A stretch of 21,174 bases of DNA. Origin: Oligoflexus sp. Its GTDB lineage: Bacteria > Bdellovibrionota_B > Oligoflexia > Oligoflexales > Oligoflexaceae. The translations under genes were made by a program, and so were the position numbers. Shown here in pieces: positions 1 to 8,961 of this stretch; within the stretch, counting starts at the first letter, position 1; the number at the start of each line of letters is the position of its first letter. The notes under the pieces were generated by a model. The model was not told where the DNA came from, ran no database searches, and saw nothing but the letters and a program-made list of their open reading frames with translations. Where the stretch lies: contig JBGSTX010000298.1 in NCBI GenBank assembly GCA_041736305.1, positions 1 through 21,174 of the forward strand, read 5' to 3'.

Positions 1-982
1 ACTCGCAGTTCTTGGTCGGTTTCAAAAAGTCTGCGGCAGCATAAAGCTTATATGTCTCGCCCTTAATGAGATCGCTAGGTTTCTCATTACCCTTTGGCAG
101 TTCTTGCCTGGCCCCCATCGGGCGATCGCCATAGGCTATCCCGGAGACCAAAGGCTCGGCTGCAGTGATCATGCGTAAATTCCAGATGGTTCCCTCGGGA
201 AGATTAAGTGAGGGTGGTCCGAGGGGATTTTCGGTACCTTTCTTCATCACGTAGACATAGCGAGCACGGGTCTCGCCCCAGTGAACTGTCCCGTCGCTAC
301 GGACTCCGAGGCCAGGCTCACAGCTCTTGGTGGGCTGGTCTTTGACAAAGTCGAAGGGGCCTCCCGGAAAGCGCCTTTGGGCCCGAAGTTCGTCCATGGT
401 GATGCCACGGTTTTCAGCAATCTTATAAACAAAGGCTTTGAAGCGCTCTGGATCCTGCGTAGGTATCGCGGTCTTAGTTTGGTCGAAGCCGTAGTTATCT
501 TTGGGATCGAAGTTGGCCAGCCGAGGAAAGTCGACATTTTCCCCCGAAAAGACCGCTAGGCCGAAGGGTGAAAGCTGGTCGAGGAAGATTCCGGGTGAAT
601 CGAGGTCCCACTTGGTCGCTGGCACGCCCGACTTTGCAGTGTGGCAGCACGAACAGCCTACTGAGCGTATCTGGGCCACGACCCAATCATATTCCTTTTT
701 AAAGGCTGGATCCTGCAGGCGCGGATCGCTCGGATCGTCTCCCCCAACTGGCTGCACAAAGCGGTATGGCCTTTGTTCACGCACAACATCGCACTGGCCG
801 TAGTCAACAAACTCATTGCCGCCTGAGACCGCACCAGCGATGTAATTTTGCACGCAAACGTGACCGTTCCCGGTTTTCGAGGGCTTGCACGCCTCAAAAG
901 GATAGGGATATGGTGCCGCAAAAGCACTTCCGCCGAACAAAGAGAGGCTGAGAAAAGCCCAAGAAGGGAGACTTTTGTTCAT
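1..982 (-). CDS. Secreted Cys-rich protein with a CxxCH (CSCCH) motif; 3' end runs off the window
   Basis: Not in the ORF track because its stop lies outside the window. Manual translation from ATG at 982 (AGGTAG upstream) is open to base 2: MNKSLPSWAFLSLSLFGGSAFA|APYPYPFEACKPSKTGNGHVCVQNY...QIRSVGCSCCHTAKSG...WGETRARYVYVMKKGTENP...KPTKNCE. It has a Sec signal peptide ending AFA. Confidence 0.85.
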   Translation of the reverse strand, partial: MNKSLPSWAFLSLSLFGGSAFAAPYPYPFEACKPSKTGNGHVCVQNYIAGAVSGGNEFVDYGQCDVVREQRPYRFVQPVGGDDPSDPRLQDPAFKKEYDWVVAQIRSVGCSCCHTAKSGVPATKWDLDSPGIFLDQLSPFGLAVFSGENVDFPRLANFDPKDNYGFDQTKTAIPTQDPERFKAFVYKIAENRGITMDELRAQRRFPGGPFDFVKDQPTKSCEPGLGVRSDGTVHWGETRARYVYVMKKGTENPLGPPSLNLPEGTIWNLRMITAAEPLVSGIAYGDRPMGARQELPKGNEKPSDLIKGETYKLYAAADFLKPTKNCE

Positions 983-1140
983 CTTGCTACCTACGTTTGA
1001 TGAGTGGACCAGAAAAACTTGAACATATCTTAGGCCGACTCTACAAGCGCTCAGCAAAAATTCAATAGGGAAGCTAACGTAATCATTATGACAATCCGTC
1101 TCTAGTGGCAGAGCAAGTGGTGAGTCTGATCGCTGTGTGA

Positions 1141-1161
1141 GTCGTCCCTCTTGGGGACGAC
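1141..1161. other. GC-rich hairpin (8 bp stem) downstream of the Spo0M-family gene
   Basis: GTCGTCCC-TCTTG-GGGACGAC. There is no clear U-tract on the minus strand, so a terminator role is uncertain. Confidence 0.35.
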
Positions 1162-1263
1162 CAGCTTTAGTACGGGGATAATATGAGTGCTAAGAACGGG
1201 AAGGCATACTTGCGGATTAGAGATTTGACTCAGTCTGGCAGGTGACGACCGCGATCGACTCTA

Positions 1264-2034
1264 TTAAATCAACAAAGTCTGCGAAATCAGCCGCTCAAAA
1301 TCAGTCTGAGCTAATTCTTCGTAGGCGACGCGGAAGCCTCGTATCTGGTCGTCGTGGCTCCCGAGGAAGGCATGGAAGCCAATCCCACGCGTTTTCCTAT
1401 CGACTTCGAGAATAACATCCATGTCACGCTCTCGCATCACAAAGGTAATCTCGACTTCATCGAGCCTGCCGAAGAAATTGGCCCCGGGTAGAAATTCTAT
1501 TTCCTGGAAAAAAGGCAGGCGAGCACCCGCGATCTGCCCGACTTCACAAACGATCTTATGCAGGTAAAAGCCGAGGCGACTCATAGCTTCGAGGACCTGC
1601 TCCTGAGCAGGATGTGGAATGATCCACAGCGGGTCACGGTCACCAGAATCGACCGCTTTCGCGATGTGAACGTGAGTTCTGAGCGCAATCGATATCGGTA
1701 GATTTTGATTGAAAACATGATTAACAGGGGTGTCCAAGGGAACGCTTATCTCAAAAGGTATCTCTAAGAACTGCCCAGCTTGAACTTGGAGCGTACCCAG
1801 CACCGTTTCGCGGAGAATGCAGACTTCGTGCTGAACGTTACCCTCTTCTCCCTCTTGCTTGGCGTAAGTTTCGAGGGATAGTTCGATCTTTTCTATAGTC
1901 TGCTCAACCGCGCCGCCCGTGAGGTTGATCGTACCGCGGAGATAACTGCCCGGTGTCAGATAGGTATCGAATATTTTCGTATCGACCTTTGTCCCTCCGA
2001 TTCCCACTGAAGCTAAGATGCGACCAAAAACCAT
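1264..2034 (-). CDS. spo0M: Spo0M (SpoOM) family sporulation-control-like protein
   Basis: N-terminal LASVGIGGTKVDT, GGAVEQTIEKI, IAKAVDSGDRD, LPFFQEIEFLP and LEVDRK match the Spo0M family pattern. 256 aa, GGAGG RBS upstream. Confidence 0.88.
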   Translation of the reverse strand: MVFGRILASVGIGGTKVDTKIFDTYLTPGSYLRGTINLTGGAVEQTIEKIELSLETYAKQEGEEGNVQHEVCILRETVLGTLQVQAGQFLEIPFEISVPLDTPVNHVFNQNLPISIALRTHVHIAKAVDSGDRDPLWIIPHPAQEQVLEAMSRLGFYLHKIVCEVGQIAGARLPFFQEIEFLPGANFFGRLDEVEITFVMRERDMDVILEVDRKTRGIGFHAFLGSHDDQIRGFRVAYEELAQTDFERLISQTLLI

Positions 2035-2189
2035 AAGTTCTTACCTCCGAAAAATTGGATACGACTTCTGCCTTTGCTTATGCTGCTGCCTCTCTGCTTA
2101 TTAAATATTCTTTCGACAGACAAAGCAAAACGATAGATCAGAAGAAGAACTTATCTTTTAGCAATATATTCGCCTCAGTGAGAAGGAAC

Positions 2190-4379
2190 TTAGATTTTAA
2201 GAGGAAAACTGCGCAGTCGCTTCCCAGTGGCGGCGAAGATAGCGTTCGCAAGCGCAGCAGCGATCGGCGGAACGCCGGGCTCACCAAGACCGCTTGGCTT
2301 TTCCTCGCTCTCGATGAAACTCACCTCGATGCGCGGACATTGTTCGTAGCGCAGTACCGGGTGATCGTGAAAGTTGCTCTGCTCCAGAGCACCATCTTTG
2401 AAACTGAGTTCAGCTGTCATGCAACCCGAGAGGCCGAAGATAATCGCCCCAGAAACCTGAACTTCAGCGCTTGCTGGATTGATGACGCGCCCACAGTCGA
2501 CGACTGCGACGACGCGCTCGACTTTTATGGAACGAGAGCCTAGGTCAACCCTGATTTCAGCGACTTGTCCGCACACAGAACCAAAAGAAGCGTGCAAAGC
2601 TAAGCCACGAAAGAGTCCCTCCGCAGGAGGCTGCTGCCACGAAGCCTTCTGAGCCAGCTCGCTCAGGACCCGCAAATGGCGTGGAGACTTGGTGAGGAGT
2701 CCTTGTCTAAACTCGAACGGATCCTTAGCGGCAAGCTGCGCAAGTTCGTCGATCATGGTCTCAACGACGAAGCCCGTATAGGAATGGCCCACCGAACGCC
2801 AAAAGCCGACTGGCACGCCTGGATCCAGGCGTTGATAATCGACTTCCAGCTCAGGTATTTCATAAGGCATATCCTTAGCACCTTCGACGCTGCTGGGGTC
2901 CTTAGGAAAGAGCCGCATCATGGAACCGACTGTGACAGCGGTCCCTTGCTTTATGAAGTCAGGAACCCAGGGTGGAAGTATGGTAGGAATCCAGGTGGGC
3001 AGCGTTTCAGACAAGATCGAAGGGCCTGTGATGCTGTGTCGCCAGCTCAGAGCCTGACCTTTAGCGTCGACCGCAGCGCGGATCGCATGGAAGCTTGCAG
3101 GTCGATAGAAATCGTGCTGAAAGTCTTCTTCGCGAGACCAGAGAAGCTTGATAGGCTTTTTGACCAGCAAGGCTATATTCACAGCCTGGGCAACGTAGTC
3201 TTGAAAGAGACGTCGACCGAAGCCTCCGCCGATGAAAGTGCTGTGGATCTTAACGTTTTCCAGAGGTACCCCACTTATTTCATGGGCAACCTGCTGCGCA
3301 ACCCCAGGCGATTGAGTAGGAGCCCATACTTCGCACAAATTTTCGCTGACGCGCGCCGTGCAGTTGATAGGCTCCAGAGCTGCGTGAGCAGCATACGGCA
3401 CTTGATACTCGGCTGCTATCACCTTGGAACTGGCGTCGCGCAGGACTTTGCTGTCCTTAACTTGCTCTTCGATGTTTTCCCTACCGCTCACTGCGAAATC
3501 GGCGAAAATTCCGCTACTGCTCATCTGCTTCGATCCACCTTCCCATTCCACGTCGAGCTGCTCCGCGGCCTTGCGGGCCTGCCAGTATCGGAGAGCAACA
3601 ACGACGATGCCTTCGCCCATCTGCAGCACGTCTTCGACACCGATCGAAGCCTTTGCCTTGCTCCCATCCCAACGTTTGATTTTGGCCCCGAGCACGGGTG
3701 ATCGAATATAGACGGCATTCCGCAGATCGGGAATATTTACATCGATACCGAAGCCGGCTTTGCCCGTAATCTTGAGGCGACTATCGAGGCGAGGTGTAGA
3801 CTTGCCGATCAGTGTGAAATCGCGCGCTTCTTTCAGAACAATTTTATCCGGCAGGGGAAGCTTACTGGCCTCCTGAGCGAGCTCGCCATAACTGAAGCTT
3901 TCCTGAGTACTCGGGTGCAGGATTCGCCCTTGGCTCGCACGACAGGCAGAAGCCGCAACTCCCCAGCGTTTCGCGGCAGCTTCGGCTAAAAGAGTTCGCG
4001 CTGCCGCTCCTGCTTCCCGCAGGCTCACATAGCTAGCTGAAATGCTGGTGCTACCACCTGTCATCTGCAGGCCTGCTAGCTGAGGATTGACATAAACGCG
4101 ATCGGCGGGAGCCATTTCTATCACGAGGTCTTCCAGCTTTACTGCCAATTCCTCGGCTAGAATCATAGGCAACGCGGTATAGACGCCCTGCCCCATTTCG
4201 TTTCTGTCGAGTATAAATACAATGCGTCCACCGGTCTCGATGCGCAGCCAGGCATTAGGGGCAAATGCCGGAGAATGGGCTGCCTCAGCCTTACTTTCTT
4301 GCTCGAGGCTAAAACCTAAGAGCAGACCACCACCGACGAGGCTAGACAGCTGCAGAAAAGATCGACGACTGAAGGGCAT
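2190..4379 (-). CDS. iorB: Xanthine dehydrogenase family molybdopterin-binding subunit (isoquinoline 1-oxidoreductase beta-like), Tat-exported
   Basis: Twin-arginine signal SRRSFL, plus EMGQGV, TGGSTS, HAALEP, GGGFGRR, WRSVGHS and GLGEPGVPP (catalytic Glu). 729 aa. The ATG overlaps the upstream stop (TAATG at 4377-4381). Confidence 0.93.
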   Translation of the reverse strand: MPFSRRSFLQLSSLVGGGLLLGFSLEQESKAEAAHSPAFAPNAWLRIETGGRIVFILDRNEMGQGVYTALPMILAEELAVKLEDLVIEMAPADRVYVNPQLAGLQMTGGSTSISASYVSLREAGAAARTLLAEAAAKRWGVAASACRASQGRILHPSTQESFSYGELAQEASKLPLPDKIVLKEARDFTLIGKSTPRLDSRLKITGKAGFGIDVNIPDLRNAVYIRSPVLGAKIKRWDGSKAKASIGVEDVLQMGEGIVVVALRYWQARKAAEQLDVEWEGGSKQMSSSGIFADFAVSGRENIEEQVKDSKVLRDASSKVIAAEYQVPYAAHAALEPINCTARVSENLCEVWAPTQSPGVAQQVAHEISGVPLENVKIHSTFIGGGFGRRLFQDYVAQAVNIALLVKKPIKLLWSREEDFQHDFYRPASFHAIRAAVDAKGQALSWRHSITGPSILSETLPTWIPTILPPWVPDFIKQGTAVTVGSMMRLFPKDPSSVEGAKDMPYEIPELEVDYQRLDPGVPVGFWRSVGHSYTGFVVETMIDELAQLAAKDPFEFRQGLLTKSPRHLRVLSELAQKASWQQPPAEGLFRGLALHASFGSVCGQVAEIRVDLGSRSIKVERVVAVVDCGRVINPASAEVQVSGAIIFGLSGCMTAELSFKDGALEQSNFHDHPVLRYEQCPRIEVSFIESEEKPSGLGEPGVPPIAAALANAIFAATGKRLRSFPLKI

Positions 4380-4882
4380 TAGGGGTTTTCCTTCTTCTGA
4401 GAGGACTCTTTTCCATTTTTGATCTGCTGGCTAGCCAAGTGGATGGCTGCCCGTATGCGGGGATAGGTTCCGCAGCGACAGATATTCCCATTCATAGCCG
4501 CAGCAATTGCGGCATCATCGGGCTCGGGATTTTGCACCAGGAGAGCTGTTGCGCTCATGATCTGACCGGTCTGGCAGTATCCACACTGGGCGACATCGAG
4601 GGTGAGCCAGGCTTCTTGAACAGCATGCAACTCAGGGCCTTCTGCGGGGCTGAGCCCTTCGACGGTTGTAACTTCAGAATTTTGAACAGCGGCTACGGGT
4701 GTTATGCAAGAACGAATCGCAACTCCATTGAGATGGACCGTACAGGCTCCACAAAGGCCTTTACCACAGCCAAATTTGGTACCCGTCAGTTCCAGCTCTT
4801 CACGTAGAACCCAGAGTAAAGGTGTTTCTTCTGGAATTTGGAGACTAAACCGCCGTTTATTGACCGACAAGTCCAAAGGCAT
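4379..4882 (-). CDS. iorA: (2Fe-2S)-binding small subunit (isoquinoline 1-oxidoreductase alpha-like)
   Basis: [16 protein letters not shown] and QCGYCQ...NICRCGTY, two [2Fe-2S] motifs. Start moved to ATG 4882 (MPLDLSV), which follows GAGAGGAG. Confidence 0.93.
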   Translation of the reverse strand: MPLDLSVNKRRFSLQIPEETPLLWVLREELELTGTKFGCGKGLCGACTVHLNGVAIRSCITPVAAVQNSEVTTVEGLSPAEGPELHAVQEAWLTLDVAQCGYCQTGQIMSATALLVQNPEPDDAAIAAAMNGNICRCGTYPRIRAAIHLASQQIKNGKESSQKKENP

Positions 4883-5032
4883 AAGATCTCCTCTCAAGTC
4901 TAAAACGCATGGGGTGCTTCTATAGTGTAACTTATTCCGCTCTATTCGAGGCAGGAGCAAGGCGAGCTCGACCTTATACAGCACTAGTATAAACAGAGTA
5001 TAGAGCGAGATGCTAGCATCTCCTTCTCCCTC

Positions 5033-6280
5033 CTACCGAGGCTGCGGCATATTCGAGATGCAGCGATATGTATCGCGCGCAATGAGTAACTCTTCGTTGG
5101 TCGGGATCACCATTATTTCTGGCTTCTGCGAGCCCGAGCTGATGCTTCCCTCCTGACCAGCTAGGAGCGCCTCGTTAAGATTAGGATCGATTTTAATCCC
5201 TAAAAATTCCAAATCCTTGCAAATAAGCTGACGAACCAAAGGAGAGTTTTCGCCGATTCCCCCCGAAAAAATAATGGCGTCCGCTCCATTCATGAGAGCC
5301 AGGTAGGAGCCAATATATTTCTTGACCCTTTGGCAGAAGATCTCGATAGCCAGCGTTGCCCGGCGATCCTTGTTCTCTGCTTTTTCTTCTATGAGCTCGC
5401 GCATATCGTTGGTCAGGCCCGATATTCCGAGCAGGCCCGACTGCTTGTTAAGCATGCTAAAAAGATTTTCATAGCTCAGGCCTTCTTTGAGATGAAGGAA
5501 TTCGAGGATCGCTGGATCGATGTCGCCGGCCCGGGTCCCCATCATCAGACCTTCGAGGGGGGTCATACCCATAGACGTATCGATGGACATTCCACCATCG
5601 ATGGCACAGGCCGAACAGCCGTTACCTAGGTGTAGAGTTATGACTTTAACTTCTTCTTTGGCCTTCTCCTTAAGCTGTCGATAGCGATAGGCGATATAGC
5701 GGTGCGAGGTTCCATGAAACCCGTAGCGTCGCACTTTGTGTCGCCGATAGAACTGATAGGGAATCGGATAAAGATAATTTTGCTCCGGCATGCTCGCGTG
5801 AAAGGCTGTGTCGAAGACAGCCGCCTGCGGCAACTGCGGCCCGAGTAAGGACTGAATAGCCTCAATGCCGGCGATATTGGCCGGATTATGGAGGGGGGCT
5901 AGGTCGATGCACTCCTCTATGCCTTCCAAGACTCCCTCGTCGATCAGGACCGACTGCTTAAATTTTTCACCACCGTGAACAACTCGGTGTCCGACTGCGT
6001 GGATATCAGCGAGGGTCTTGACCTGGGAGACCTGGCTTTGCTCGCTTAGCAACCAGCGCAGGACGAAATCGACGGCTTGGGCATGGGTGCGAAAGGCCTG
6101 AGCTGATTTAGTAGCTTTTCTATCCTTTGCTTTTAGACTTATAAGCGACTGGCTACCGATGCGCTCGATGAGACCTTTCGCAAGCAAGGTCTCACTGTTC
6201 GAACTGATCGTCGTCGCATCGACTTCTATCAACTGAAATTTCAGCGATGAGCTGCCGCAGTTCAAGACCAAAATATTCAT
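5033..6280 (-). CDS. ackA: Acetate kinase
   Basis: ILVLNCGSSSLK, GHRVVHGG, DLAPLHNP, RRYGFHGTSH, HLGNG, GGIGENS and PTNEEL. Start set at ATG 6280 (MNILVL) after GAAGGA. Confidence 0.96.
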   Translation of the reverse strand: MNILVLNCGSSSLKFQLIEVDATTISSNSETLLAKGLIERIGSQSLISLKAKDRKATKSAQAFRTHAQAVDFVLRWLLSEQSQVSQVKTLADIHAVGHRVVHGGEKFKQSVLIDEGVLEGIEECIDLAPLHNPANIAGIEAIQSLLGPQLPQAAVFDTAFHASMPEQNYLYPIPYQFYRRHKVRRYGFHGTSHRYIAYRYRQLKEKAKEEVKVITLHLGNGCSACAIDGGMSIDTSMGMTPLEGLMMGTRAGDIDPAILEFLHLKEGLSYENLFSMLNKQSGLLGISGLTNDMRELIEEKAENKDRRATLAIEIFCQRVKKYIGSYLALMNGADAIIFSGGIGENSPLVRQLICKDLEFLGIKIDPNLNEALLAGQEGSISSGSQKPEIMVIPTNEELLIARDTYRCISNMPQPR

Positions 6281-6353
6281 AAACCTTCCTTCAAATAAGT
6301 TTTCGAACTGCACCCCTTACGTTTCTATTTTCATTGGCGCTTTAGACTATGTT

Positions 6354-6380
6354 TAAGAAGTCCTTTAAAAGTTCCGAAGA
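6354..6380 (+). promoter_or_regulatory. Candidate sigma28 (FliA)-type promoter
   Basis: TAAG-N15-TCCGAAGA versus consensus TAAA-N15-GCCGATAA, 24 bp upstream of the ATG at 6405. Confidence 0.35.
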
Positions 6381-6404
6381 GCATTTTACGGAGGTCATTA
6401 ACTT

Positions 6405-7235
6405 ATGCTTTCCATAGCCATCAAATGCCTGGCTTTAGTCGTCTTACTCATGTCGCCTGCTTGTAGCGGTAAGAGTCCGAGCGCATTTAGTATTAATCAG
6501 ACGAACTCCTCTGATGATGGTAAGAGCATCGCTCACAGCGAAGGCCTCGATTCCCTAGACATCGCGGATTCTGGCCCGGTTCCTAAACTGAACTTAACGG
6601 CCACCAACGTTCCTGCCGGTAAGTCAGATGCTGAAATACTTGTCATTCCTATAGAGGCGGACCCAGCTTTTAGTTACTACGCCTATAGAGTCAGTCAGTC
6701 TGGTGATTGTGCGTCTCAGAACGGCTTCACCGTCAACCCTATCAACAAACCCATTACGGTCAAGCAGACAAATCTTCCGATAGGCGAAATCTTTCTCTGC
6801 CTCCGCGGCTTTCATACCGAACTTAATCGCTGGCAGCCTGTTAAAGACAATAAAACCTATAGATGGCAAAAAATCCCTTTCGAACGCTTTTATAAGACTT
6901 TTTTTGAAGTGACGCTGACTCCAGCAATGGGCTGTGATAAACCAACGCTGACTATAACTCCTAGTACCGTGTCGATCCTAGGGGACGAAGGGTTATTTAC
7001 CGCTGAGTATACAGCTGCGCCCAACTGCCCAGGATCCTTTCAGGGCACTATAGTAAATCGGATCGTCGGCTTACGTAAGACGGGTACGCAAATGATAGGG
7101 GTATTTATAGAAGGGGAGGCCAATGGCTGGATTGAATTCAATTTTACGGATGCAGAACGAAATAATTTTAAAGGCAGTTGGGGCTACGGCGAATACGGCT
7201 CAAAAGCAGAGGGTGCTTGGAGTACGGTGCCCTAA
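6405..7235 (+). CDS. Hypothetical lipoprotein with beta-rich domains
   Basis: GGAGG RBS. Hydrophobic N-terminus with lipobox-like SPA-C20, then a Ser/Asp linker, a Cys-paired middle domain (DC...LC...RWQ) and a Gly/Trp-rich C-terminus (FKGSWGYG...GAWS). Confidence 0.75.
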   Translation: MLSIAIKCLALVVLLMSPACSGKSPSAFSINQTNSSDDGKSIAHSEGLDSLDIADSGPVPKLNLTATNVPAGKSDAEILVIPIEADPAFSYYAYRVSQSGDCASQNGFTVNPINKPITVKQTNLPIGEIFLCLRGFHTELNRWQPVKDNKTYRWQKIPFERFYKTFFEVTLTPAMGCDKPTLTITPSTVSILGDEGLFTAEYTAAPNCPGSFQGTIVNRIVGLRKTGTQMIGVFIEGEANGWIEFNFTDAERNNFKGSWGYGEYGSKAEGAWSTVP

Positions 7236-7253
7236 AGAGCGCAAGGTAACGCA

Positions 7254-7865
7254 TTGAGTCAGCGAAAGAAGTTTTGGTTGCGCTGCAATCACTGTTTGAT
7301 GCGCAATGAGATCTGCATTTGCAGTGCCATTCCTCAGCTTAAAATTCAAAGCAAATTGATACTGGTAATAGGTAAGCGGGAAATTAAAGTTCCGACCAAC
7401 ACGGGCCGTCTCGCGGCCATGGCTCTGCCTCCGCCTTCTAGTTCAATCCTCATACACGGCGAAGAAGGAAAACCATACGACCTCAGCGAGCACCTCCTCG
7501 GCGACCGACCGAGCCTTCTCCTCTACCCCAGCGAAGACGCGATAGAGCTGAGTTCAGAATTGGCGCAAAGCCTTGGGCCTATCAATCTGATCGTGCCTGA
7601 TGGCAACTGGCGCCAGACCAGTAAAATGCGTCGTAGAAATCCGCTTATGGCGCAGCTTCCCACAATTCGGCTGCCTCTAGGAGCCCCTTCTGCCTATCAG
7701 GTGAGGCGGGAGACTAAGGCCGAAGGCTTAGCGACTCTCGAAGCCATCGCTCGGGTGCTTGGGTTTTTCGAGGGTCCCGAGATTCAAAGAGCCTTAGAAG
7801 AGCTCATGGCATTGATGGTTGCAAGGACTCTGCACAGTCGCGAGGGTGGAGGATTCCAGCCCTAA
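7254..7865 (+). CDS. DTW domain protein (tRNA-uridine aminocarboxypropyltransferase, YfiP/TapT-like)
   Basis: N-terminal CxxC...CxC, TNTGRL, LLYP, IVPDGNWRQ (DxTW-like motif) and LATLEAIA. TTG start. Confidence 0.88.
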   Translation: MSQRKKFWLRCNHCLMRNEICICSAIPQLKIQSKLILVIGKREIKVPTNTGRLAAMALPPPSSSILIHGEEGKPYDLSEHLLGDRPSLLLYPSEDAIELSSELAQSLGPINLIVPDGNWRQTSKMRRRNPLMAQLPTIRLPLGAPSAYQVRRETKAEGLATLEAIARVLGFFEGPEIQRALEELMALMVARTLHSREGGGFQP

Positions 7866-7999
7866 CGCGCATCAACGCCAGATTGACCTACAGCAATTGA
7901 TCGAGTGTAAGTTTCGAGGCAAAGGCATAGAAGTGGTTTCCGTGGCTTCCGTTAGCTAGCCGCTCACTTTTTAGTTTTTCGTCTTAAGGGACTGCAATT

Positions 8000-8785
8000 A
8001 TGAGAACATCGCTCCGTGCTACCGTTTCGCACCTCGCCTTTGCTCTACCCCTTTTTTGCCTCCACGGCCAAGCTCTCGCGGCCCTCAGCGACTACAGAAT
8101 GCTGAGCTGGAATCTGGAGGGCTCCGCTAGTGATCTCAGTTGGACGGGAGTGAAAAGTCTCCTCTCTTGTTCAAAGCAGCCTCAAAAGCCTGCAGTTATA
8201 GCCCTACAGGCCGTAGGGGAAGTACCGAAAGAAGCCGATTTTCTGAGCGAGCAACTGATTTATAAGGGCATCCGTCGTTTCCCGGTGAAAGAGTATCGTT
8301 GGAATATCGGCACTGCCCAGGAACCTCAATACACCTACATCTACCACATCAACAATTGGCCCAACGGCGGCCAATTGAATTTGGCTATGGTCACCGAGCT
8401 GCGAGCGAAGTCTGTCGCGCTGATTCCCCCTCAGCTCTTGGCGACAGGAATGAGCTTAGCCGAAAGACCGCTACTAGGAGTGCAGATGGATGATGAAACG
8501 CGGGTATTCACGCTTCATGCCGCCCCGTATACCGAACCAGCCAGCAACGAAGTCGACAACGTCGTCAGCGCTGCAACGATGGAAAGTTCGCAATGGGCCA
8601 TACTCGGCACCTTCAACCGCACGCCCCAGCAAATCAATATTTTGCCTCATCTTGGGCTCTATCAAGTAAACGAACGCCAGGGTTTTGACTTTATGCTTAA
8701 CAATCAAAAGGATGAAATCTGGATCGGGAAAGCCTGCCGAGCAGATATCAGCAGCGATCATGCACCGATTTCTTTCTCGCTCTGA
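8000..8785 (+). CDS. Cytolethal distending toxin subunit B (CdtB)-like secreted protein, DNase I/EEP fold, with a degenerate metal site
   Basis: Signal peptide ending ALA, followed by CdtB-ordered motifs: LSDYRMLSWNLEG, VKEYRWNIGT..P.Y.YIY, QLNLAMV, RPLLGV, FTLHA, WAILGTFNRTP, FDF and SDHAPI. Confidence 0.8.
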   Translation: MRTSLRATVSHLAFALPLFCLHGQALAALSDYRMLSWNLEGSASDLSWTGVKSLLSCSKQPQKPAVIALQAVGEVPKEADFLSEQLIYKGIRRFPVKEYRWNIGTAQEPQYTYIYHINNWPNGGQLNLAMVTELRAKSVALIPPQLLATGMSLAERPLLGVQMDDETRVFTLHAAPYTEPASNEVDNVVSAATMESSQWAILGTFNRTPQQINILPHLGLYQVNERQGFDFMLNNQKDEIWIGKACRADISSDHAPISFSL

Positions 8786-8841
8786 AAACCCTTGCCAGCA
8801 AGCTCTTCACACCTCTACCTAATATATTCGAGTGATGAGAG

Positions 8842-8875
8842 ATTGGGCTTCGGCCCAATTGATTTAGTTTTCTTC
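8842..8875 (+). terminator. Probable intrinsic terminator after the cdtB-like gene
   Basis: ATTGGGC-TTCG-GCCCAAT (7 bp stem, cUUCGg tetraloop, 8842-8859) followed by T-rich TGATTTAGTTTTCTT. Confidence 0.5.
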
Positions 8876-8961
8876 ATCCTCGTTTGATTTGATCTTTACG
8901 CTGCATCGCGCTAAGCATTGTCGAAGCAATAAAAATTAAATTCATATCTGAGGTATCGTGC

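Noticed and set aside
247-951. Six short ORFs in the track at the left edge
   Set aside because: All overlap the longer signal-peptide-bearing minus-strand frame 982 to <1, so they are shadow or alternative-frame ORFs.
2676-3701. 341 aa plus-strand ORF (and 2055-2543) antisense to iorB
   Set aside because: It lies opposite a well-conserved gene, has no recognisable motifs and fits an antisense codon-mirror artefact.
4883-4984. N-terminal extensions of iorA (to 4984), ackA (to 6313) and the small lipoprotein (to 10207) in the ORF track
   Set aside because: Downstream ATGs have clear Shine-Dalgarno sequences and match the expected protein starts.
5033-6280. ackA without an adjacent pta
   Set aside because: Unlinked ackA is common, and pta may lie elsewhere in the genome.
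7590-7620. DGNW instead of DxTW in the DTW protein
   Set aside because: It is a single conservative motif variant with all other motifs intact, which is not enough to claim a changed function.
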